DNA from: an uncultured Bdellovibrionales bacterium
Lineage (GTDB): Bacteria; Myxococcota; XYA12-FULL-58-9; JALHOP01
Assembly (NCBI GenBank): GCA_964484195.1
Contig: CAZAER010000003.1
Location: forward strand, 188,787-252,786
Length of the DNA stretch: 64,000 bases
Direction: 5' to 3'
Positions 29,694 through 42,410 of the stretch are shown here, piece by piece. The translations under genes were made by a program, and so were the position numbers. The notes under the pieces are model-generated. The model was not told the origin of the DNA. It was given only the letters and a program-made list of their open reading frames with translations, and made no database searches. Positions within the stretch are counted from its first letter, which is position 1. Every line of letters begins with the position of its first letter.

Positions 29694-29695
<2 letters not shown>
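29654..29695. terminator. Intrinsic terminator between the convergent Gly-rich gene and uvrB
   Basis: GGCGTCGTCT-ggtgagagct-AGACGGCGCC (10-bp stem with one G-U pair) followed by TTTTCGTTTTT. The T-run reaches the uvrB stop codon. Confidence 0.6.
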
Positions 29696-31709
<2,014 letters not shown>

Positions 31710-31921
31710 GAATTTTTTTCCTAGCCACGTACGCGCCGCGATCGCGCCGATTTTGCCAAAAAAACGCCTGTCGCTATAGCGAACACGAATCGATTTGGAG
31801 GCTGAATCATGCGGATCTGCGATGTCCGTTGTGGCGGATGGCGGGCGATTTTCGGTCTCGTGAAGCGCGACGTTTGCTCACGGAATCGCGGCCAGCGCCG
31901 CGTAACTACGTAAGTAAATCG

Positions 31922-31949
31922 TTGACACCAATTGTACGCGCGTTACACT
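31922..31949 (+). promoter_or_regulatory. Near-consensus sigma70-type promoter (TTGACA-N16-TACACT)
   Basis: TTGACA at 31922-31927, 16-nt spacer, TACACT at 31944-31949, within a locally AT-rich segment about 40 nt upstream of the AGGAGG RBS of the Lys-rich micro-ORF. Confidence 0.5.
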
Positions 31950-31987
31950 TGACATTGTTTCCCTAACCACCTTCTAGGAGGTTGGCA

Positions 31988-32077
31988 ATGGCTACTGCGA
32001 AGAAGAAGAAGGCTACTAAGAAGGCGAGCAAGAAAAAGGCGAAGAAGTCTTCGCGCAAGAAGGCTAAGCGTAAGTAG
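31988..32077 (+). CDS. 29-aa Lys-rich polycationic peptide (MATAKKKKATKKASKKKAKKSSRKKAKRK)
   Basis: Too short for the ORF track. AGGAGG (31976-31981) lies 6 nt before the ATG. Strong promoter upstream and canonical terminator downstream delimit a roughly 190-nt transcription unit. Confidence 0.55.
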   Translation: MATAKKKKATKKASKKKAKKSSRKKAKRK

Positions 32078-32107
32078 CTTACGCTGAGCTGCTCGTTTCT
32101 GAGTAGC

Positions 32108-32140
32108 GAAAGGGCAGCCGGTTGGCTGCCCTTTTTCTTT
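32108..32140 (+). terminator. Rho-independent terminator
   Basis: GAAAGGGCAGCC-ggtt-GGCTGCCCTTTTTCTTTT: 9-bp GC stem, tetraloop, T-run, with an A-tract upstream. Confidence 0.75.
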
Positions 32141-32168
32141 TGTGCCATCTGTTAACGCGGAGCCCCCC

Positions 32169-33056
32169 ATGCGCGTCTTCGTTACAGGCGGAACCGGCTA
32201 CATCGGCGCCGCCGTCGCCCGTTGTCTGAAGAGCCGCGGTCATCACGTCACCATCCTGGCGCGACGTGACGAATCCGAGATGGTGGCGCGAGCCGCCGGG
32301 TACGACGTCATCCGTGGTGGGCTCGACGATGCATCGGCGCTCGCCAAGGGCGCGCTCGAAGCCGATGCGACCGTTCATGCCGCGACCACCGGCGATGATC
32401 GACGCTCCACGGCCGACCTCGCCGCGGCGCGCGCAGTGCTCGGAGCCATGCGCGGCACCGGGAAGCGCTTCATCTACACGGGTGGTTGCTGGAGCTACGG
32501 CAGCACCGGCAACAGACCAGCAGACGAGCTAGCGTCGACGGCTGGCGCGACTCCACTCTCCGCCTGGCGCAACGCCGTCGAAGACGAGGTCGCCGCCGCG
32601 GCGTCGCACAACGTTCGCGTGGTGATCATGCGGCCGGGCATCGTCTACGGCGAGATGCGCGGGCTGCTCGGCATGATGGCGGAGGACGCCAAGAAGAAGG
32701 GTGTGCTGCGCTACGTGGGTACGCCGACGACGCGATGGACCTTCATCCATCTCGTCGATCTGGCGAATCTCTATGCACACGTGGTCGAGCGCACACCGGA
32801 AGGCGCGACGATTCTCAACGCGGCGAGTGATCAGGTGTTGCCGCTGGGAGAGGTGGCGCTGGCGATTGCACGGGCGCTGCGGGTGGAGCGGGTGGAGCCG
32901 TGGGGCGTCGACGATGCGCGCAAGACGCTCGGGGCTTTCGCCGACGCACTGGCACTCGACCAGAACGTTAGCGGCAAGAAGGCGCGGCAGATGTACAAGT
33001 GGGCGCCGACGCAGCCCGGGGTGATTGCGGAGTGCGCCTCGTTCGCGAGGCTCTAG
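32169..33056 (+). CDS. NAD(P)-dependent epimerase/dehydratase (extended SDR) family protein
   Basis: MRVFVTGGTGYIGAAVARCLKSRGHHV Rossmann motif. ATG 32169 is preferred over the track start at 32142. Confidence 0.8.
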   Translation: MRVFVTGGTGYIGAAVARCLKSRGHHVTILARRDESEMVARAAGYDVIRGGLDDASALAKGALEADATVHAATTGDDRRSTADLAAARAVLGAMRGTGKRFIYTGGCWSYGSTGNRPADELASTAGATPLSAWRNAVEDEVAAAASHNVRVVIMRPGIVYGEMRGLLGMMAEDAKKKGVLRYVGTPTTRWTFIHLVDLANLYAHVVERTPEGATILNAASDQVLPLGEVALAIARALRVERVEPWGVDDARKTLGAFADALALDQNVSGKKARQMYKWAPTQPGVIAECASFARL

Positions 33057-34192
33057 AAGCGCGTGCCCGTCGGGTAGCCGGTCTGGTGATTCATCGGCGC
33101 TCGCAACCTCTCGCGCGCATCCGCCGAGCTCATCACCAGCTGGTTCCGATACAGATCCATGTCGTCGGTGCCGGCGCCGACGCGCAGAGCCGTGGCGCAC
33201 GCCAGCTTGAACGCGCCTTCGAGATCACGCAGGTCGATCTCCTCGCACGCCACCTTGGTCGCGCCCTGATTGTGGTAGTTCGCGAGCGGCACGGCGATGC
33301 CGGCGGCAGCGTAGCCGAACGTGAGAAACGGAGTCGCCTCGCAGGTCCCGCCGGGCATGATCCCCACTTGGTAGTCGAACTTCTTCTCGGCGAGCTGTTT
33401 CGCCGCGCCCAGCACCGTTGCCGCCGCGCGGGGATCGAATGGGCCATGGCGGTCGCCCAAGCGGACCACCGGTCCCTTGCCGAGCTCGATGTCGCCGAGC
33501 GCGGCACTGCACTCGACCGACACCACGAACGTATCGCGGGGCAGGCGGTAGTCGATGGCGAGCGCGAGCGATCCGATGAAGCCGACTTCTTCGGCGCGCG
33601 TGAACACGCCGACGACGTCGACGGGGGCTTGTCCCTTGGCGAGCGTCACCAAAGTCGCCACCACGGCGACACAGCCGGCGAGGTCGTCGCAGACGCGCGC
33701 CTTGATGCGGTTGTTCACCTTGGCGAACGCCGGCAAGTCGAGGATGGCGTAGTCGCCGGGCTCGGGCGTTGCGCTCTTGGTGCCGAGCTTCACCACGGCG
33801 CTCGCGAGCTTCACGCGACCGTCTTCCTCACGCGTCTTCACGGCGGTGACCACGCCGCTTGCGGGACCAGCCTTGCAGCGGGGGAAGACGACCTTCGCGC
33901 CCTTCAAGCTCTTCAGTGGCTGTCCGCCTTCGCCGACACAGACGACGCCGTTGGGACCGACGCTCTCGACGCGCAGGCCGGGATGGTCGAGATGGGCAAC
34001 GAGAGCGATGGGGCGGCGCGGCATGCCGCGGCGGACGCGCACCAGGGTGTTCCCATAGGCGTCGACCTCGAAGGCGAGCTTGAGCTCCTCGAGCCAGCGG
34101 TGCAGCGCGTCGCGGGTGGGGATCTCTTCGAATGGGGCGGTCGCGTGCTCGCCGAGTCGGCGAACACCTTGAGCGAGCTCGTTAGCTTTCAT
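33053..34192 (-). CDS. M42/M28-like metallopeptidase family hydrolase
   Basis: VAHLDHPGL (metal-binding His-x-Asp), CDDLAGCVAVV and VFTRAEEVGFIGS resemble the M42 (FrvX-type) aminopeptidase pattern. Confidence 0.7.
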   Translation of the reverse strand: MKANELAQGVRRLGEHATAPFEEIPTRDALHRWLEELKLAFEVDAYGNTLVRVRRGMPRRPIALVAHLDHPGLRVESVGPNGVVCVGEGGQPLKSLKGAKVVFPRCKAGPASGVVTAVKTREEDGRVKLASAVVKLGTKSATPEPGDYAILDLPAFAKVNNRIKARVCDDLAGCVAVVATLVTLAKGQAPVDVVGVFTRAEEVGFIGSLALAIDYRLPRDTFVVSVECSAALGDIELGKGPVVRLGDRHGPFDPRAAATVLGAAKQLAEKKFDYQVGIMPGGTCEATPFLTFGYAAAGIAVPLANYHNQGATKVACEEIDLRDLEGAFKLACATALRVGAGTDDMDLYRNQLVMSSADARERLRAPMNHQTGYPTGTRF

Positions 34193-35072
34193 TGCCTACC
34201 TTGGGAACGTTCGGAGGGCTGGTCGCCACTGCCTTGGCGTCGGCACGCTCGCGTCTGCGGCGCTTGAAGAACACGACTTCCTCGAGAAGCCCATAGGCCA
34301 CGTAGCCCGAGACGAACGCAAGCAAGGCGAACGTAGGATGGAGCGCCCAGGCGATCACCGCGAAAGCGGTCAACAGGGCCACGAAGACGCCGGCCGAGAT
34401 CGGCGACAATTTGATGTCCTTGAAGGTGCGATAGCGGACGTTCGAGATCATCAGGTAGGCGACCAAAAAGGTGATCGCCATGACGATGGTCGGCGGGAGG
34501 ACGAAAATGGGTTCTGGGCGCTGGTGAACCATGCACAGCGACATCATCACGCCGGCAGCGAGGGGGATGGGCAGGCCGACGAAGAACTTCATCGAGCCCG
34601 AGCCGCGCGCCGCGAGGACGTTGAAGCGCGCGAGGCGCAGCGCTCCGCAGGACGCGTAGACGAAGCCGGTGAAGATGCCGAGGAGGCCGAGGTCGCCGAG
34701 AGTCCAGCGGTAGAGCACGACGCCCGGCGCCGCGCCGAAGACGATGACGTCCGCGAGTGAGTCGAGCTGGACGCCGAACGCACTCTGGGTGCGCGTCATG
34801 CGTGCGACGCGCCCGTCCGCCATGTCGAAGAAGAGACCGAAGAAGATGGCGAGCGCGCTCTCGTGCAGCCGGCGCGGCGTGACGTCACCCGAGAGCGAGA
34901 CCATGGCGTAAAAGCCGCAGAAGATGCTCGAGACGGTGAACAGATTGGGCAAGACGAACATCGCCTTGCGCAGGTTCAGGGTGAGGCGCGGCCCACGTGG
35001 CCGGCGCCGCCGGCGCTTCCCGGTCTTTTGCTGACCGGCTTCGACGGGTCCGTCGGCTTCCGGGTTGCTCAC
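34182..35072 (-). CDS. pssA: CDP-diacylglycerol--serine O-phosphatidyltransferase
   Basis: CDP-alcohol phosphatidyltransferase motif DMADGRVARMTRTQSAFGVQLDSLADVIVFG and multiple TM helices. The GTG start at 35072-35070 overlaps the stop of the upstream gene (GTGA). Confidence 0.85.
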   Translation of the reverse strand: MSNPEADGPVEAGQQKTGKRRRRRPRGPRLTLNLRKAMFVLPNLFTVSSIFCGFYAMVSLSGDVTPRRLHESALAIFFGLFFDMADGRVARMTRTQSAFGVQLDSLADVIVFGAAPGVVLYRWTLGDLGLLGIFTGFVYASCGALRLARFNVLAARGSGSMKFFVGLPIPLAAGVMMSLCMVHQRPEPIFVLPPTIVMAITFLVAYLMISNVRYRTFKDIKLSPISAGVFVALLTAFAVIAWALHPTFALLAFVSGYVAYGLLEEVVFFKRRRRERADAKAVATSPPNVPKVGNES

Positions 35073-35326
35073 TGGTACGCGAGGCCGCAGGCGGCGAGGT
35101 CGCCTTGGCCGAGCTTGTCGCAGGTGCACTCGTCGAGCAACCGCTCGCACTCGGCCTTCTGCGCATCGGAGGGGGTCCGTACCGATGTGTCATTGTTGAT
35201 GCGCTGCACGCAGGCATCTTGCTCGTTCTGCGTGCGTCCGCAGCGGCAGATTTCCTTCGCCAGCGCCTCACACGCGTCGCCACAAGCGCTGGTCCACGCC
35301 GCCCCGACGATGAGCCCGAAGACCAT
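35069..35326 (-). CDS. Small Cys-rich lipoprotein or secreted protein
   Basis: ATG 35326 gives MVFGLIVGAAWTSAC (signal/lipobox-like) followed by about 10 Cys in 70 residues. Translationally coupled to pssA. Confidence 0.5.
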   Translation of the reverse strand: MVFGLIVGAAWTSACGDACEALAKEICRCGRTQNEQDACVQRINNDTSVRTPSDAQKAECERLLDECTCDKLGQGDLAACGLAYQ

Positions 35327-35421
35327 CGTAAGACGCCTCAAGTAGACGTGCGCTCTCTCCCCGTGTAGCTTCGCCATGAGCCAGGGCCGAATAGCAGCAA
35401 CCGGAGCGGCCACGCAACGCC

Positions 35422-36603
35422 ATGAGTGAGCTCACCGAAGCCTACTGCATAGGCCTTTTGGGCGACGTCGAGGCCCAACTGCCCGTCTTGGTCCGCGAGA
35501 TGGAGCAGGCCCGCCGCCGCGCCGATGCGGTGGACGCCGAGCTTTCGAGCCTGGTCCGCCGGTTCGACGACGCTCGGATCGCCCAAGAAGACGCCCAATC
35601 GCGTGCCGGAAAGGCCGCGCAGATCGTCTCCGATGGGAATGCCAAGATCGCCTCGCTCCACCAGGAGACCGCGAGCCTCAAGCGGCGCGCCGAGGACATC
35701 AAAATCGAAATGGACCGGGTCGGCCCCGGCGCCATTCACCAGCGCCTGCGTCGTGAACGTGCACGCTTCCTGGTGCAGATCGAAGACCGCGAAAAGATCA
35801 TCGCCAGCCAGCGCGAGGTCATCGAAAAGGCGCGCGCCGAGCTCACCGAGGCCGAAACCATCGGCGAGGCGGAGCGTGAGCGCTCGCGAGCCATCGTCAA
35901 ATCGCTCGATGCCCTGCAGAGTCAGCTGCCGAGGCCGCGGTTGTTCGCCGACCTCTTCGCGGCGCGGGCAGGGCTCGCGCACTGCAAGCTGTTTCTCGGG
36001 GAGAGCGTTCAGGTTTGGCAGAGCGACGTTCGCGTGGCCATCGGCGAGATGAAGCGACTGCACGGCGAGCTGCGCGCCGGTAAGTACCGTCTCGACAAGA
36101 ACAGCGATCTGGTCGGCGGGCGGGCCACCGAGAGCGCCGACGCCGTCTATGCCGCGGTGGCGATTGGCGACGGCAACCTCGCGCGCGAGCTCTTCGAGCT
36201 CATCACCGACCCGACGCTCTACTTCCACAACATCTTCAACGTCTACCGACTGTGGGCCTTGGGCCTGTATCTCCAGGAGCGCTGGCCCGAGCTCGGTACG
36301 CTATTGCGGAACCATCAATACGAAGGCGCTCTCGGCGGCGCTTACGCGTTGGCCTTTCGCTCTCTCCTCGAACGCGACCGCGCCTCCCTCGTGCGCGCGC
36401 TCGCGGCTATCGCGCAAAAAGAATGGACGCAGTGGCAAAACCCACGCCTCGCCAGGGCAGCTGGCGTGGTCAGCTTCGGCGCCGTCGCTTTGGCCCGTTT
36501 GGCACGGCGCGCCGGGATGGACCTGAAGCCCCCCCATGCGACCGTACCCGAGCGACTTTACGGGGAAGTTTCGAAAGCTCAGCGACCGGCGCTGGTCCGC
36601 TAG
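35422..36603 (+). CDS. Hypothetical protein: N-terminal coiled coil plus C-terminal helical domain
   Basis: Heptad-like charged N-half (about 170 aa). The C-half is helical (NIFNVYRLWALGLYLQERW...). No family recognised. Confidence 0.55.
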   Translation: MSELTEAYCIGLLGDVEAQLPVLVREMEQARRRADAVDAELSSLVRRFDDARIAQEDAQSRAGKAAQIVSDGNAKIASLHQETASLKRRAEDIKIEMDRVGPGAIHQRLRRERARFLVQIEDREKIIASQREVIEKARAELTEAETIGEAERERSRAIVKSLDALQSQLPRPRLFADLFAARAGLAHCKLFLGESVQVWQSDVRVAIGEMKRLHGELRAGKYRLDKNSDLVGGRATESADAVYAAVAIGDGNLARELFELITDPTLYFHNIFNVYRLWALGLYLQERWPELGTLLRNHQYEGALGGAYALAFRSLLERDRASLVRALAAIAQKEWTQWQNPRLARAAGVVSFGAVALARLARRAGMDLKPPHATVPERLYGEVSKAQRPALVR

Positions 36604-36672
36604 GGGCAGGGAAGCGCACCGAAACGCCGATCCTTGCCGGATTGGGTCGCGACCGTTACGATTTCATAGGTC

Positions 36673-37040
36673 ATGACTCCGCCGCCCAAAGCCTTAGCCG
36701 ACGAAGACTCGCGCGTCGAAGCTCTGCCGACCGCGGCTGGGCCCAAGACCAAGCGCGCCCTCGGTAAGATGGACGACGAAGCGTCGGTCAGCATCAGCCA
36801 GCCCTCGCCGCTGAAGAAGGGCACGCGGCAAGTACCGCGCGGCACTGTTGGCCTGCGCGCGGCGTCGCAACGCGAAGCACCGGCCGAGAAGGTGTTGGCG
36901 GCGCGCAGTGACGCCGAAGCTCGGGTCAACGCCAAGAAAGACGAACGGCGGCAGAAGGTCTGGGACAAGCTCGACGCCGCCCGCAAAGCCGCTGACGAGC
37001 GTCTACCGCGCTACACCTCGTTTCAGCCCAAACGCGACAA

Positions 37041-37044
<4 letters not shown>
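36673..37044 (+). CDS. Small basic hypothetical protein, translationally coupled to nrdJ
   Basis: ATG 36673. Lys/Arg/Ala-rich and probably disordered. The stop overlaps the nrdJ start (ATGA at 37041-37044). Confidence 0.5.
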
Positions 37045-39257
<2,213 letters not shown>

Positions 39258-39261
39258 GCTC

Positions 39262-39822
39262 TCAAGCCTCGCCCATCCAACGGTGGTCCGTGATCACGGA
39301 GTTGATCACGAAAAGGCAATGATCGGAGCCGGTGCGCATGCAGCGCGGCTGCTTGATGGTGCAGGGTGCACCCGCCGCCTGCAGCGCGGCGCCGACGATG
39401 CCTTCTTCCATGGCGCAGTAGTGGGGCGTGGTCTTCTCGACATGAGCAAGGCCGGGCTCGAACAACGCGACCCGCCAGCCGCCGATGCCGTCACCGCGGT
39501 TTGCGTGGTGATACATGCCGTCGAGACCGTGGATGACCTCGCGAGCGCTCTTCGGTGCGACACGTTGCTCGTGCGACATCTTGAAGAGCAGCCGGCCCAT
39601 CTGGCGCAGTCCCTCGACGCCGAGCTTGCCATCGATACGCTCCATGGCCTCGAGCAAGACGCTGATCGGGTACCAACCGCCGGGATCGACGGAGGAGAGG
39701 TGGTCCGAGGTTTCCTTGCCGAGAGTGAGCTGTGGCAACTTCAGAGAGCGGACGACCGCGAGAATATCCGAACCGATGGTCTCGTGGTTATGTCCGGTGT
39801 AACCGCGGGGACGATATTTCAT
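39262..39822 (-). CDS. V4R-like domain protein (function unknown)
   Basis: C-terminal HYCAMEEGIVGAALQAAGAPCTIKQPRCMRTGSDHCLFVI resembles the 4-vinyl-reductase (V4R) Cys pattern. ATG 39822 (MKYRPRGY) is preferred. Confidence 0.55.
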   Translation of the reverse strand: MKYRPRGYTGHNHETIGSDILAVVRSLKLPQLTLGKETSDHLSSVDPGGWYPISVLLEAMERIDGKLGVEGLRQMGRLLFKMSHEQRVAPKSAREVIHGLDGMYHHANRGDGIGGWRVALFEPGLAHVEKTTPHYCAMEEGIVGAALQAAGAPCTIKQPRCMRTGSDHCLFVINSVITDHRWMGEA

Positions 39823-39911
39823 TGGGCGAGACGTCAACACGGGGGGCAACCTAGCCTGACCGTGGTCCCCGAGTGAACCCAGAAAGCCACCGTTCAGCAA
39901 ACCTCGAGACC

Positions 39912-41180
39912 ATGACTACGACGACGAGAGTCACCACACAGGTGCCACGCGCACCAATTGCACGCGATTCCGAGCAAGTTGCGCAGGCTGGGGCTGCGCG
40001 ACCCGTTCTCGACGGACTCTACACCGGCCACGTGCGTCGCGCGTCCGATCCGACACCCGCGGCCGTTGCTCCCGCGCTTCCGAATCCCCAAGAGGTTGCC
40101 TACCAGCGCGCCCTCGACGTCTACAAAGCCGCGTTCACCACCTGGCAACAACAGCACGCAGAACCCTACTGGACGCGGGTCACCGAAGCGCGCACGCAGC
40201 GTCGCGCGCGACCGTGGACCGAGCAGCATCAGGGGCCTTTCGTCGATACGCATCCGCCCGTCTACAGCGGTCCGCCAAAACCGAATCGTAAAGATTTCGG
40301 CTTGGATCCGGAGCTCGGTCGTCAACCACGGCGCATCGCCGATTTCGTCGCAGCGGCCCGCGAGCGCGGGTATCCGTTCGACTTGGTTCCAGAGAACGCG
40401 ACACCTGCGCAAGCCGCCGCGTACGAGACCCAGTTTCGCAAGCGCTACGTGCAAGCGGCGCTCGCCGCTGGCTTCAACCGCGACCAAACCGTTGGCGTCT
40501 ACGTCTTCGAAACCGGTGGTAGCGGTAAGCACAGCGAGCTGCATTCGAGCTCGGCTGCCATCGGTTATGCGCAGCTTCTCGTCCCCAATTCGATCACCAC
40601 CATCGTCGAGCAAGGGCGGGGAATCGCCGACCGTTTACGTGGCCTCGGGTTGAACGCTAAAGCGGACTTGGTGGCGCGACTGCGCAACGACATCCTCGCG
40701 GCGAACGGTGGCAACCCACCCAGCTGGGAGCACGCGTACAATGTCATGTCGGCGACGCCTCTCGGCCGCGCCGTGCATGCAGCGAACCTCGATCTCGACA
40801 TTGGCCCGCAGCTGCAGATCACCAAGCTCAAGAAGACCGCGAGCGACTTCGAAGACTATTCGCGGCGAACGGGGACGCAGCGTGAGCTGACCGCCGAGGT
40901 CCTGGAGGCCATGAACCTCGCCGGGCCGGTGAACGGCTTCTGGCTCGGTCACCCGCGGACAGCCGATCGGCTCACGGTGAATTTCTTCCAGCGTAGCGGC
41001 TACGAGGGGAACCCGGTGCTCGCCGAGATGGTCGAAGGGCAAAGCCGAGCCAGGACGGCCGCCTCACTGATGACGCGGATGAGCCAGATCATGCACGGCG
41101 AACGTCGCACCCGGGACGGCTCGGTCGAAATCGCACGTCTTTTCGATGAGCTAGCTCCGCCACCTCGCCGCTCGCCCTGA
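39912..41180 (+). CDS. Hypothetical protein with a possible lysozyme/SLT-like catalytic segment and no signal peptide
   Basis: VYVFETGGSGKHSELHSSSAAIGYAQLLVPNS resembles the E-S/T...S.aGA.GLMQl core of soluble lytic transglycosylases. The N-terminal 150 aa are Pro/Gln-rich. Weak call. Confidence 0.5.
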   Translation: MTTTTRVTTQVPRAPIARDSEQVAQAGAARPVLDGLYTGHVRRASDPTPAAVAPALPNPQEVAYQRALDVYKAAFTTWQQQHAEPYWTRVTEARTQRRARPWTEQHQGPFVDTHPPVYSGPPKPNRKDFGLDPELGRQPRRIADFVAAARERGYPFDLVPENATPAQAAAYETQFRKRYVQAALAAGFNRDQTVGVYVFETGGSGKHSELHSSSAAIGYAQLLVPNSITTIVEQGRGIADRLRGLGLNAKADLVARLRNDILAANGGNPPSWEHAYNVMSATPLGRAVHAANLDLDIGPQLQITKLKKTASDFEDYSRRTGTQRELTAEVLEAMNLAGPVNGFWLGHPRTADRLTVNFFQRSGYEGNPVLAEMVEGQSRARTAASLMTRMSQIMHGERRTRDGSVEIARLFDELAPPPRRSP

Positions 41181-41248
41181 GCCTAGGCGTCCTGCCGCAG
41201 CGCAGAAACTACTCAATCCCACCCAGTCGATGTGACGTTAGCCCGTCC

Positions 41249-42370
41249 GTGAGCCTGCGATCTCGCAAACGTCTGCGCAGCAATCGCGATCGCCTCTCCG
41301 CCGATCGTCGCGGCGGCGTGCTCGTGGTCGGTGACGACGCAGGCGACCGCGCTCTCATTCTCGACCTCCTGGCGCCCCTGCAAACCGAGACCCTGGAAGC
41401 GAACGGCAGCGCCGCGGCGCTCGAGCTCTTCGAAAGCGAGCCGACCGTCGATGTGCTGATCGCCATTCACGAGCAAGAGGGCATGTCCGGCGGCGCGCTC
41501 TGCCAATACGCGCGCGGTCACGCGCGGCTCGCCAACATGTCGACCGTGCTCATCGCCGAGGCCGACGCCATCGCGTCCCTGCGACTCACGGCCCGTGCCG
41601 CGGACGACTTCTTGCCGCGCCCCATCGATGCCGACGCCCTCCGTCAAGTCGTGCGCAACGCGCTGCGAGCCCAGGCGCGCCGTCGCCTCCTCGCCCGTCA
41701 GGAGCGACGCCGCGCCATCGATTGGCTGGCCATGGTTCTGGCGCACGAGATCAACAATCCGCTCGCCGCGGCCATGGCGAATCTCTCGTTGGTGCGTGAG
41801 CGCGCGCACGACGAAGAGCTGTCGCAGTTGGTCGAGGAGTCGCACGCGATGCTCGAGCGCATTCGCGAGCGCACCCATGCCATCCGTTTGCAGACCAAGG
41901 CGCTCGACCATCGCCCTTCGGCTGTGACCGGACCCGAGTTGCTCGAGAGCTTGCGCCAGCGTCTGGCGCGCCACGGCCGACCGATCACCGTCGACTCCGA
42001 GCTTGCTGGCAATGTCGGCGGTGAATCGCTGTGGCGCTTGTTGGTCGATGCCGCGGATGCGGTGGTCGAAAACAGCCTCGCGTACTGCAGCGGAGCCGTT
42101 TCGGCGCGCGTACACGTCGAGGAGTCGCGGCTCGCGGTCGTGGTCCGCATCGAGGGCGCGACCGAAGATGACCCCGAGATCATCCTCGAGCCCCGTCTGC
42201 TATCGCGTGACGGTGAAACGCCGCGCTTCTACCCCGGTCTGTCGATGCTCGAGCAAGCGTTCGCGGAGGCCGGCGGTCAGCTCTTTGCTCGACCCGTGGC
42301 GGACGGATGGCGATTCGGTCTCACGCTGCCGGTCGACGCGATCGGCGGCAAGAGCAGCTCGGAACCTTGA
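41249..42370 (+). CDS. Response-regulator receiver fused to HisKA dimerisation domain with degenerate ATPase region
   Basis: REC: VLVVGDD...DVLIA..EQEGMSG...LIAEAD...DFLPRPIDADAL. H-box LAMVLAHEINNPLAAAMANLS. The C-terminal 150 aa lack clear N/G1/G2 boxes. Confidence 0.75.
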   Translation: MSLRSRKRLRSNRDRLSADRRGGVLVVGDDAGDRALILDLLAPLQTETLEANGSAAALELFESEPTVDVLIAIHEQEGMSGGALCQYARGHARLANMSTVLIAEADAIASLRLTARAADDFLPRPIDADALRQVVRNALRAQARRRLLARQERRRAIDWLAMVLAHEINNPLAAAMANLSLVRERAHDEELSQLVEESHAMLERIRERTHAIRLQTKALDHRPSAVTGPELLESLRQRLARHGRPITVDSELAGNVGGESLWRLLVDAADAVVENSLAYCSGAVSARVHVEESRLAVVVRIEGATEDDPEIILEPRLLSRDGETPRFYPGLSMLEQAFAEAGGQLFARPVADGWRFGLTLPVDAIGGKSSSEP

Positions 42371-42410
42371 GCTTGCTTAGGTCTCCTCGTTCGCCATAAC
42401 GCTCGTCGTC

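Noticed and set aside
31809-31913. 34-codon ORF ([34 protein letters not shown]) with GGAGG 7 nt upstream, in the uvrB / Lys-peptide intergenic region.
   Set aside because: Only moderate GC3, no terminator or promoter of its own, and an odd composition. It cannot be separated from chance without ribosome profiling or conservation data.
31710-31921. Search for an SOS (LexA) operator upstream of uvrB, and likewise upstream of uvrC at 28449-28560.
   Set aside because: I saw nothing resembling the palindromic or Myxococcus-type LexA boxes I could recall. Without a validated motif for this lineage, no call is justified.
36604-37040. Possible cobalamin riboswitch or NrdR box upstream of nrdJ.
   Set aside because: The interval is almost completely occupied by a coding-like ORF (36673-37044) coupled to nrdJ. 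No B12-box-like sequence was seen.
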